This document shows, one piece after another, positions 30,715 through 38,568 of a DNA stretch of 64,000 nucleotides (position 1 is its first letter; every line of letters starts with the position of its first letter). A model generated the notes under the pieces. It saw only the letters and a program-made list of their open reading frames with translations. It was not told where the DNA came from and ran no database searches. The stretch covers positions 34,269 to 98,268 of the forward strand of contig CAIQAL010000016.1 in NCBI GenBank assembly GCA_903869825.1, read 5' to 3'. The DNA comes from an uncultured bacterium (GTDB lineage Bacteria; Patescibacteriota; Minisyncoccia; Phycocordibacterales; UBA9973). The position numbers were made by a program, and so were the translations under genes.

Positions 30715-31308
30715 ATGTTAATACCAACCGTTATTGAAAAATCACAATTTGGGGAAAGAGCTTATGATATTTATTCTCGTCTCTTGCGTGAGCGAATAGT
30801 TTTTTTAGCCGGACCGATTGATGACAATGTGGCAAACATCGTTATCGCCCAACTTCTTTTCTTGGAGTCAGAGGATCCAAAGAAAGATATTTTCTTTTAT
30901 ATCAATTCTCCAGGAGGATCGGTTACTTCAACTATGGCCATCGTTGATACGATGAACCACATTCGACCAGACGTTTCCACTTTTTGCGTCGGCCTGGCTG
31001 CTTCTGGTGCTGCCATTATTTTGTCCGCCGGGAAAAAAGGAAAGAGGTATGTTTTGCCAAATGCCGAAATTATGATTCACCAACCACTCGGTGGCGTTGA
31101 AGGCCAAGCAACCGATATTGCAATAACCGCAAAACATATTTTGAAAACAAAAGATAACCTAAACAAACTATTGGCAAAAAATACCGGAAAGCCGCTCTCC
31201 CAAATAGAAAAGGACGCTGAACGCGATTTCTTTATGGATGCTGACGAAGCTCAAAAATACGGCATCGTTGACGAAATTGTAACCAAGTCAAAAGCAATAG
31301 TTAAATAA
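30715..31308 (+). CDS. clpP: ATP-dependent Clp protease proteolytic subunit
   Basis: 197 aa with ClpP core motifs ([10 protein letters not shown], catalytic Ser in GLAASGAA, His in MIHQP). Confidence 0.9.
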   Translation: MLIPTVIEKSQFGERAYDIYSRLLRERIVFLAGPIDDNVANIVIAQLLFLESEDPKKDIFFYINSPGGSVTSTMAIVDTMNHIRPDVSTFCVGLAASGAAIILSAGKKGKRYVLPNAEIMIHQPLGGVEGQATDIAITAKHILKTKDNLNKLLAKNTGKPLSQIEKDAERDFFMDADEAQKYGIVDEIVTKSKAIVK

Positions 31309-31317
31309 TCGTTAAAA

Positions 31318-31345
31318 AGAGGACGAATCGTCCTCTTTTTTGATT
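31318..31345 (+). terminator. Rho-independent terminator
   Basis: Stem AGAGGACGA / TCGTCCTCT followed by TTTTTTG. Confidence 0.7.
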
Positions 31346-31530
31346 CCCTAGACAAAACTGATAGCTTTTGGTATATTGAGTAAGTCAGATTTAAAAATTT
31401 ATTTAAATTGGTTTATAGGAATATTCCATATATGAGAAGCATCTTTAACGGAAATTTTCACATCTTTAAGAATAAGAAGAAAATCGAACCGCAAATATAG
31501 TGGCGTGTTTTTGTAGGCCAAAATAGGCTT

Positions 31531-33063
31531 ATGAGTACAACATTAACGATACTACTAATCGGAGCGATCGCGCTCCTCTTGGGCGTTCTAATAGGATATT
31601 ATTTGAGAGTAATTGTTGCCTTGGGGAAAAGGCGCTCTATCGAAATCGACATCAAACAAATGATGGTCGGAGCGAAAGAAGAATCCCAGAGAATTTTGGA
31701 CGAGGCAAAAAGCAAGTCAGAAAAAACACTCGCTGAATTAAAGGGTGAAGAAAAAAAGAAAGAAATCGAGTTCAAAGACACCGAAAAGAGACTCATTAAG
31801 AAAGATGAGCTTTTGGACGCACGCCAGGCTGAGATGAACAAAGAGGTAGAAGGAATCAAACTCAAGGTCGAAGAAGTAAAAAAAATTCAAGAACGGGTCT
31901 CAAAGATTGAGGAAGACAAGCGGCTCGAACTTGAAAGGGTAGCTCGTCTTTCCGAAAAAGACGCAAAAGAAGAACTTTTGAAAGATATTGAAAAAAGATA
32001 TGAGGAAGATATCCTAGCAAAAATCCAAAAATTAGAAAACAACAACGAAGAGAAGCTCGAAGAAAGAGCAAAAGAAATTTTGGCTACTTCTATTCAACGT
32101 TTGGCTGTTTCAACTGCATCAGACTTGATGACCACGACCGTGGCTATCCCAAATAATGAAATTAAAGGGAAAATCATTGGAAAAGAAGGTAGAAATATCC
32201 GCGCTTTTGAACGAGTAGCCGGTGTTGAATTGATTGTGGATGATACCCCGGGCTCGATTGTTATTTCTTCGTTTGACCCGGTTCGAAGACAAGTAGCAAG
32301 AGTCGCCCTTGAGAATTTAATCTTGGACGGACGTATCCAGCCGGCTAAAATTGAAGAAATCGTAGATAAAGCTAAAGAAGAAATCAATAAAATCATCAAA
32401 GAAAAAGGAGAACAAGCAGTATACGAGTGCGGAATCTTTAATTTTGACCCTCGAATTGTTGCAATCATTGGGCGTTTGTATTTCCGAACTAGTTACGGGC
32501 AAAATGTTCTGCAACACTCGATTGAAATGTCTCACATTGCCGGAATGTTGGCAGAAGAACTGCATGCTGATGTCGCTATCGCTAAAGCGGGAGCCCTTGT
32601 ACACGATATCGGGAAAGCACTCGACCATGAAGTCCAAGGAACTCATATTGATATTGGAATGAGAATTCTGCAGAAGTTTGGGGCTGATGAGCGCATCATT
32701 ACTGCAATGAAATCCCATCACGAAGACTATCCTTATGAAACCATTGAAGCGATTATCGTCCAAACAGCGGACGCCATATCAGGCGGACGACCTGGCGCAA
32801 GACGAGATTCGGTAGAAAACTACTTGAAACGCTTACAAGAACTTGAAGCTTTGGTAAATGGCTTCCCGGCAGTTGAAAAATCCTATGCTCTCCAAGCAGG
32901 CCGTGAAATAAGGATATTTGTGACCCCAGAAAAAATTTCAGACGCCGAAGCAAAACTAATGGCCCGAGATATTGCCACCAAAATCGAACAAGAACTAAAA
33001 TACCCTGGTGAAATCAAGGTGACAATGATCCGTGAAACCAGAATCATCGAATACGCAAGATAG
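31531..33063 (+). CDS. rny: Ribonuclease Y
   Basis: N-terminal transmembrane helix, coiled coil, a KH domain, and an HD domain (HSIEMSHIAG...HDIGK). Confidence 0.85.
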   Translation: MSTTLTILLIGAIALLLGVLIGYYLRVIVALGKRRSIEIDIKQMMVGAKEESQRILDEAKSKSEKTLAELKGEEKKKEIEFKDTEKRLIKKDELLDARQAEMNKEVEGIKLKVEEVKKIQERVSKIEEDKRLELERVARLSEKDAKEELLKDIEKRYEEDILAKIQKLENNNEEKLEERAKEILATSIQRLAVSTASDLMTTTVAIPNNEIKGKIIGKEGRNIRAFERVAGVELIVDDTPGSIVISSFDPVRRQVARVALENLILDGRIQPAKIEEIVDKAKEEINKIIKEKGEQAVYECGIFNFDPRIVAIIGRLYFRTSYGQNVLQHSIEMSHIAGMLAEELHADVAIAKAGALVHDIGKALDHEVQGTHIDIGMRILQKFGADERIITAMKSHHEDYPYETIEAIIVQTADAISGGRPGARRDSVENYLKRLQELEALVNGFPAVEKSYALQAGREIRIFVTPEKISDAEAKLMARDIATKIEQELKYPGEIKVTMIRETRIIEYAR

Positions 33064-33074
33064 ATTTTTTGCGC

Positions 33075-33102
33075 TTGCGTCAAAAAACCCTTAGTATATA
33101 AT
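33075..33102 (+). promoter_or_regulatory. Sigma70-type promoter for hup
   Basis: TTGCGT, a 16-nt spacer, then TATAAT. Confidence 0.45.
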
Positions 33103-33183
33103 ATATAAGTAGTAATTGTTTGCTAATTGGCTACGAATATAAGTAGCCGGTCGAGAAATTATAAGAAAAAAACTTAAAATATT

Positions 33184-33456
33184 ATGAATAAACAAGGATT
33201 AGTAGAATGGGTACACGGAAAGTTAGGTGGCACCAAAGTACAGGCAGAAGAAATCGTTGATGGATTGTTTGATACGATCATCTCCACCATGAAAAAGGGA
33301 GACGAAGTATCAGTCGCTGGCTTCGGAATCTTCTCAACCAAAGCACGTGCTGCAAGAATGGCTCGTAATCCAAAAACTGGAGAACAAGTTAAAGTAGCTG
33401 CAACCACTGTTCCAAAATTCAGAGCGGCAAAGGCTTTGAAGGACGCTGTAAAATAA
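33184..33456 (+). CDS. hup: DNA-binding protein HU
   Basis: 90 aa of the HU/IHF family (GFGIFSTKARAARMARNPKTGE). Confidence 0.9.
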   Translation: MNKQGLVEWVHGKLGGTKVQAEEIVDGLFDTIISTMKKGDEVSVAGFGIFSTKARAARMARNPKTGEQVKVAATTVPKFRAAKALKDAVK

Positions 33457-33480
33457 TTTTATCTCGAGATAAAAACAAAA

Positions 33481-33515
33481 GCACCCTGAGATTGTCGAAG
33501 GGTGTTTTTGTTTTT
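33481..33515. terminator. Bidirectional rho-independent terminator between convergent hup and Cys-rich gene B
   Basis: Stem GCACCCT / AGGGTGT flanked by A-run and T-run. Confidence 0.6.
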
Positions 33516-33614
33516 AAAATTAATATATCTCTTGATTATAACAATAATCACAATATACAATTTCTAGTCTGTCTGGAGCATAAGCTGTTTCAAATTCATT
33601 CGGACAACCTTCTT

Positions 33615-35171
33615 TCATGCATTTTCGGTGCCAGAGCTTACGAGGATTTCGTTTTGCCATTCTCTCTCCTTATGTCGACATTCAAAATCTTTATGGGGCA
33701 GAGGCAAATTCATTCTCTTATAAAATGACAACTCTGCTTGGGTAATTCGAAAGTTTTTCTTGCACTCCTCACAAACAAATATTTCTTTCAAAATATCTTC
33801 GGAAATATCAAAAATACTACTTGGTATCTCTTTTAAGGTTTCCAACCCGTATGTTCCAGTTGTTTTCTCTTGCCAACGAAAGCCTCTTTTCAATGATTCT
33901 TCTTTTGTTAAAGGAAAATAATCGTGAGCTAGAGTTTCATTATAGCAAAAAGGTGCAAGATTAGCAGGAAAATATTGTCCAAAGACACTGTTTTGTTTTA
34001 ACTCTACCTCAATTTTTTCTTTTAGTTTAAAATATTCTTCTTTGGAATATGTCTTATTAAGAATCATACACTCACCTTTTCGAATGGCATTACACCCGAG
34101 CCCATTTACTAGATGATGGCAGTTTTCACAATATTCAACCCCACTACAATAGAAAACGAAAGCGGAATTTTTTAACTGGCTACCTTCCAAAGCTCCCATA
34201 ATGTTATACCCAAACTGGGACTTGTAATAATAATTGTTACAATCCCAACTATCAATTGGACTTTCTGTGTCTGTCATATAAGAACAATTTTTGGCATCAT
34301 AAGTGTCATAGAGTAGTACTCCTTGGTGACAATTGTACAAATAATCTCCAGTGACGTTGTTACATTTGTTTTGAGAAGCGAATTTTCGGATAGTTTTTTC
34401 TTTTAATCGTTCGAATTCTTTTTTAGCTTTTTCAATACTTTCGTAATTTTTTAGAATTTCGGCTTTTTTCTTTTCATATTCTTCTTTCTCGTATTTCACA
34501 TTGAAAATGGCATTGGTTAAGTGCCTGCCATTGGTGCAAAAGATACAATTACTCGAATCACGCATGTTATAGCAAAACAAAAGATCGCTGGAAGATTGGC
34601 ACTGCTCACAGAACATGCATTTGAAACATTTTCGGGAATCTAGACACTCGTAACAAAGTTCCGATTCGTGTAGAAATGCACAGTCGACACAAAATTTATC
34701 CCGTTGCAAAAGTCTGCTATACATACAATCCTCATTGTAGTCAGCCGCAAAAATCATGTAGCAATCCTTGTTTTCGGCTGAGCCATTTGTGTAATCACTT
34801 CGAACATTATTTACAGCAGCCATGCTTTGTCTTGGCACTTTCTTTTGCAATTCTTTGTATTGTTCAAAAAATGTTTTAGTTCGGTCATAATCCACGCCAA
34901 AACTTTTTGGGTCCCAGCCGTCACTCCACCAACAATCATGACAGTAAACTTGGAAATCCGACTCTGGAGAATAAACCGTTATTATGTCTTTTCTACAGAG
35001 ATCACATTGTCTTTTGTAAAGAGTCCGTTCATTTCGAAAAACTAAACGTCTAGCCATCCGACAATCGGAACAGTAAAGTGGAGGAGCAGTTTTCATCTGC
35101 TCGTAAAAAATCATATCCGCGTCCCGGATTTCAAACTCTTGATTACATGTCTTACAAATTTCTTTTGTCAT
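33615..35171 (-). CDS. Cysteine-rich protein of unknown function (paralog B); carries repeated CxxC zinc-ribbon-like modules including C-x2-C-x2-C-x2-C (CFKCMFCEQC)
   Basis: 518 aa. Colinear with ORF 72..1820: it shares the N-terminal ribbon C..CR..RRL, two internal modules ending YSKEEYFKLK, and the C-terminal FRITQAELSFYKRMNLPLP. Confidence 0.6.
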   Translation of the reverse strand: MTKEICKTCNQEFEIRDADMIFYEQMKTAPPLYCSDCRMARRLVFRNERTLYKRQCDLCRKDIITVYSPESDFQVYCHDCWWSDGWDPKSFGVDYDRTKTFFEQYKELQKKVPRQSMAAVNNVRSDYTNGSAENKDCYMIFAADYNEDCMYSRLLQRDKFCVDCAFLHESELCYECLDSRKCFKCMFCEQCQSSSDLLFCYNMRDSSNCIFCTNGRHLTNAIFNVKYEKEEYEKKKAEILKNYESIEKAKKEFERLKEKTIRKFASQNKCNNVTGDYLYNCHQGVLLYDTYDAKNCSYMTDTESPIDSWDCNNYYYKSQFGYNIMGALEGSQLKNSAFVFYCSGVEYCENCHHLVNGLGCNAIRKGECMILNKTYSKEEYFKLKEKIEVELKQNSVFGQYFPANLAPFCYNETLAHDYFPLTKEESLKRGFRWQEKTTGTYGLETLKEIPSSIFDISEDILKEIFVCEECKKNFRITQAELSFYKRMNLPLPHKDFECRHKEREWQNEILVSSGTENA

Positions 35172-35226
35172 TTGTTATTAGAATACAAAGTAATCAACTA
35201 TTTGTCAAAAATTTATTAGTTTCACA

Positions 35227-35754
35227 TTAAACTTCAAGTGTAGTAACTCCTTTAAGGTGCTCGGAGATGAAGTATCCTTGGAATTTTTCAAGGGAGGGAA
35301 GCTCAATTTTTGGCAGAGGAGAAAAAAAGATTTTTGTATTAAAAGGTTCAGTTAAAATTTTATCTTTTATAACACATTTATTAAAATCTCCCGATAGAAT
35401 GAATTTTTCTTTCTTTAATACTGCTTGAATTACTTCTTCAGAGAAAAGTTCAATATTTTTTAGTAATATTATTCGATTATCTAGTCCATGGCTCAAATTA
35501 TCTAAAAACTTTTTTTCATTTTCCTTGGTAAAAAAAGTAGCATCGCCTTTTGTCTCACCAATTTGATTTTTGAATTGTTCCTCAGCCATCGGGTAACCGC
35601 AAAGAACAATGATTTTATTCCCTTCCAAAAACAAATTACCAATGGTTGAAATTGTATAAAAAGAGGCTCCCGCATGATCTTCTCCGTGAATTAGTGCTGG
35701 AAAATCTGCTTGGGTAAATTTAAATTCCTTTTGATTAACAAATATTTTTTTCAT
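35227..35754 (-). CDS. Hypothetical protein (175 aa)
   Basis: ORF co-directional with and downstream of lexA. No recognisable motif. Confidence 0.4.
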   Translation of the reverse strand: MKKIFVNQKEFKFTQADFPALIHGEDHAGASFYTISTIGNLFLEGNKIIVLCGYPMAEEQFKNQIGETKGDATFFTKENEKKFLDNLSHGLDNRIILLKNIELFSEEVIQAVLKKEKFILSGDFNKCVIKDKILTEPFNTKIFFSPLPKIELPSLEKFQGYFISEHLKGVTTLEV

Positions 35755-35894
35755 TCTTAAATAATAACACAGGAGTTTTTATTATTGTTCTAATTTTTTT
35801 TTATTCTTTTCAAAGTCTATTTGATATTCAGGGATGCCGAGAGCAAGCCATATTTAGTAACTTCAGCGTATTCTTTTTTACTAGCTCTATCTAT

Positions 35895-36143
35895 TTAAAA
35901 AATTTTATCTCTATAAATAACAAAATGGATCTGTTCATTTTTATAATCTGCATACCATCCGTGGAGATGATTGCCGTTTTGTGATTTACTAATCTGCTCT
36001 GTTACTTCTGAGGATAGGCTTGGCTCAACCTCAACTTTGTGCAAGGTCCATATTTTTACCCATAGTGTCTGGTATCTGTCCGTTACTTCTTCCACTTTAG
36101 TAGAAATAATTTTTACTCTACTTAATACAGATTTGTCTCCCAA
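35895..36143 (-). CDS. Hypothetical small protein (82 aa)
   Basis: ORF between lexA and the 175-aa ORF on the same strand. ORF-level support only. Confidence 0.25.
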   Translation of the reverse strand: MGDKSVLSRVKIISTKVEEVTDRYQTLWVKIWTLHKVEVEPSLSSEVTEQISKSQNGNHLHGWYADYKNEQIHFVIYRDKIF

Positions 36144-36195
36144 ACTTTCTTCAATTATTTTGCCTTTAAATGCTTCTATGATTTATACTTTTATA

Positions 36196-36762
36196 CTAAT
36201 ATTTTCGGATAACTGCTTTTACTACGGCGGCGATGTTGAAACTGTGCTTCGGGTAAATTGGTTTTAAATTTTTATTGGCCGGTTCGAGCCAGACTTTCGC
36301 TCCAGACTGTCTAAAATATTTCAAAGTAAACTCGCCATCAACTTCGGCAATGACAATTTCTCTGTCTTTTGCCTGATTCGTTTTTTCTACAAGAATGCTA
36401 TCCCCTTTTTCAATATGCGCGTCAATCATCGAATCCCCGTCTACTTCAAGCATATAAGTAAGTGCTTTATTCTTGATTAAAAAATCATCCAGATTAATAG
36501 TGGTATCCGGAATTTCATCCACTTCGGATGGGAAACCAGCTTTGACAAGCCCTAGTTTTGGAATTTCACCAAATGTTTCTGATGGAATAAGTCTTCCTAA
36601 ATGATCTTTTGCCACTAAACCAGCTTCCATTAGTTTTTCAACGATTCGGAAAACAGCATTTTTTGATTTGAAGCTAAAAAGTTTCATCATCTCCGAATAG
36701 GTAGGCATTCTTTTGTTCCCCTGGTAGAAAGATTCAATTTTTGTTTGATAAATATTTTTCAT
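36196..36762 (-). CDS. lexA: LexA repressor
   Basis: N-terminal winged HTH. Ala-Gly cleavage site (LVKAGFP). S24 peptidase Ser (GDSM) and Lys (EFTLKYF). Confidence 0.85.
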   Translation of the reverse strand: MKNIYQTKIESFYQGNKRMPTYSEMMKLFSFKSKNAVFRIVEKLMEAGLVAKDHLGRLIPSETFGEIPKLGLVKAGFPSEVDEIPDTTINLDDFLIKNKALTYMLEVDGDSMIDAHIEKGDSILVEKTNQAKDREIVIAEVDGEFTLKYFRQSGAKVWLEPANKNLKPIYPKHSFNIAAVVKAVIRKY

Positions 36763-36783
36763 TTCCTTAATCCAAAATTACTC

Positions 36784-36975
36784 TTAGAATTGAAATATCG
36801 GAAAAAGTTTCCGAAAAATATTTTGCCTGGTGAGATAGCGCATTCTTCGAAGCATCAGCTTGTGATCTCGAGCTTCTTTTTTGTATTCTTCCCCTCGCAT
36901 AATTTTGATATCAATGGCCTTGTTTACCTTTTGAATCTCTTTTTCTAGCATTTTTAAATATTGTTTTTGTGACAT
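36784..36975 (-). CDS. Small basic coiled-coil protein, first gene of the lexA operon
   Basis: 63-aa ORF between the LexA box and lexA. A GC hairpin (36984-36999) overlaps its putative SD. Confidence 0.35.
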   Translation of the reverse strand: MSQKQYLKMLEKEIQKVNKAIDIKIMRGEEYKKEARDHKLMLRRMRYLTRQNIFRKLFPIFQF

Positions 36976-37048
36976 ATTACTTGTCCCGCAGCGGCGGGAT
37001 TAAATTTTATTTGTTAAAACGACCTATTTATTTATATAAATAGTATAT

Positions 37049-37064
37049 GTGAACGCTCGTTCAC
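37049..37064 (-). promoter_or_regulatory. LexA operator (GAAC-N4-GTTC, Cheo-box type)
   Basis: gtGAACgctcGTTCac is a perfect palindrome. It lies about 75 nt upstream of the small ORF and lexA. Confidence 0.65.
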
Positions 37065-37078
37065 TGTCAACAAACTCC

Positions 37079-37087
37079 TGTGGATAA
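37079..37087 (-). promoter_or_regulatory. DnaA box (TGTGGATAA, reverse complement of TTATCCACA)
   Basis: Exact 9-mer, 15 nt from the LexA box. Confidence 0.4.
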
Positions 37088-37089
37088 CT

Positions 37090-37112
37090 AAAAAAACCCC
37101 AGTGCCTTGGGG
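37090..37112 (-). terminator. Rho-independent terminator for the DksA/TraR-like gene
   Basis: On the minus strand: stem CCCCA / TGGGG followed by T7. Confidence 0.55.
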
Positions 37113-37255
37113 CATTTTAGGTATTTACTTTCGGCCGATACTGGATTACCTCCAGGATATGATCCTTCTATTTCGATTGTGACGATTGTTCCCGAAAGTA
37201 GGTTTACTTGTGCCGAATAAACTCTTTCAAACGCTATTCTGCTTTAATTAAATTA

Positions 37256-37621
37256 CTAATTACCTCCGTTCATGTGCTTTTTGCACGTTCGGGCAGATGG
37301 ATTCGCTTCCATTCTGGCAAGTTCAATATCTTTTTTACAAACTTCACATTTCCCAAAAGACTCTTTTCCGATTCCCTTCAAGGCCAAAAGTACGTGAGAA
37401 AGTTTTGATTCCAAAACTCTTAGCATGGAACTTTTTGCTTCAAAATCTTCAAACCGGTCGGCCATATCATTTTGGTCAGTGGCAACAGAGTTCATTTCTT
37501 CCGGAGTCGCTTCCCACTCACTTGTTTGTGGATTAAATTTCCCCATTCCTTTTAATCCTTCAACTAGGGTATCCCTTTCTTTTTCTAATTTTTCTTTGAT
37601 TTTATTTTTATCTAATGGCAT
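37256..37621 (-). CDS. DksA/TraR-family zinc-finger protein (YteA-like)
   Basis: 121 aa. Coiled-coil N-terminus. C-terminal CEVCKKDIELARMEANPSARTCKKH zinc finger, typical of DksA/TraR. Confidence 0.65.
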   Translation of the reverse strand: MPLDKNKIKEKLEKERDTLVEGLKGMGKFNPQTSEWEATPEEMNSVATDQNDMADRFEDFEAKSSMLRVLESKLSHVLLALKGIGKESFGKCEVCKKDIELARMEANPSARTCKKHMNGGN

Positions 37622-37655
37622 AGGCAGATAATAGCATTAAATTTCTAAATTGCAA

Positions 37656-38516
37656 CTACTTTTGGACTTGAGCCGAGGCTAATCTGAGGATTATTTCTGT
37701 GGCGGCTGTCTCACTATCTGTAATAATGAGCGAACTATTTTCAGCATAGATATACATCATCACGATTTTCCCATTATTATCCCTGAGGATTCGGGCATTT
37801 CTGTTTTGGATGATTCCATCCTCGAAATTTTTTTCTAGCAGATAATTTGTATCTGTATTTAGTTCAATCCCAAAATACCCATGCAGGTCGTAAAACATTT
37901 TCTTTTCCCAACCTCTCATTGCGTCAAATATATCTGCTGCTGATCGCATTTGAATCAAAAAAAACAGGTTTTTGGTGGGCTCGGCAGACTCTTCTTCGTT
38001 CACTGCCCCAAGTAGAAAATTATCACTGATAAACTCGATTTTTGATTGGTCTAATTTTGCTTCAATTAATTTGAAAAAATCTCGAAGCCCTATTATTTTT
38101 TTATCTTTGGTTAGATAGATTCCTTCCACTCCTCCCTGTTTAACTTCCACCGTCTTTGCCTCACTTGAAATTGTTTGAGCAACCTCTTCTTTAGTTAACC
38201 CAGAGAGTTCATTAAAGATGGTTTTATCGGTGAAGATTATCGGAACATAAGCCGGTTTCACTTCCACACTAAAAATCTGTTGACGAAAAATAAAGACAAG
38301 TGATACTAAGAGAAAAGTGAGCAAAACTAGGGCAATTCCTGCATAGAGGAATATTTTATTCCACTTGTGTTCGGGAGATTTTTTCTCTACTTCCGCGTCG
38401 TGTTCTTCTTGCTCTTGAATTATTTTTTTTATTACTCCGTTCTTGTTGTCCCCGATGATTTTTGCCATATCGTCAGCATAGGTTTCAACTTCTATGTTTT
38501 TCTTTGGTTCTTCCAT
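37656..38516 (-). CDS. Hypothetical membrane-anchored protein
   Basis: 286 aa. Acidic N-terminus, one transmembrane segment (FLYAGIALVLLTFLLVSLVFIF), and a C-terminal extracytoplasmic domain. Confidence 0.45.
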   Translation of the reverse strand: MEEPKKNIEVETYADDMAKIIGDNKNGVIKKIIQEQEEHDAEVEKKSPEHKWNKIFLYAGIALVLLTFLLVSLVFIFRQQIFSVEVKPAYVPIIFTDKTIFNELSGLTKEEVAQTISSEAKTVEVKQGGVEGIYLTKDKKIIGLRDFFKLIEAKLDQSKIEFISDNFLLGAVNEEESAEPTKNLFFLIQMRSAADIFDAMRGWEKKMFYDLHGYFGIELNTDTNYLLEKNFEDGIIQNRNARILRDNNGKIVMMYIYAENSSLIITDSETAATEIILRLASAQVQK

Positions 38517-38568
38517 TTGCTATATCATAACACAACGACAGAATATACGAAAAACAGGGAATAATTTT

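Noticed and set aside
31309-31530. 220-bp gap after clpP inspected for a clpX remnant or ncRNA
   Set aside because: No ORF or recognisable RNA signature. It contains only the clpP terminator and a plausible rny promoter region.
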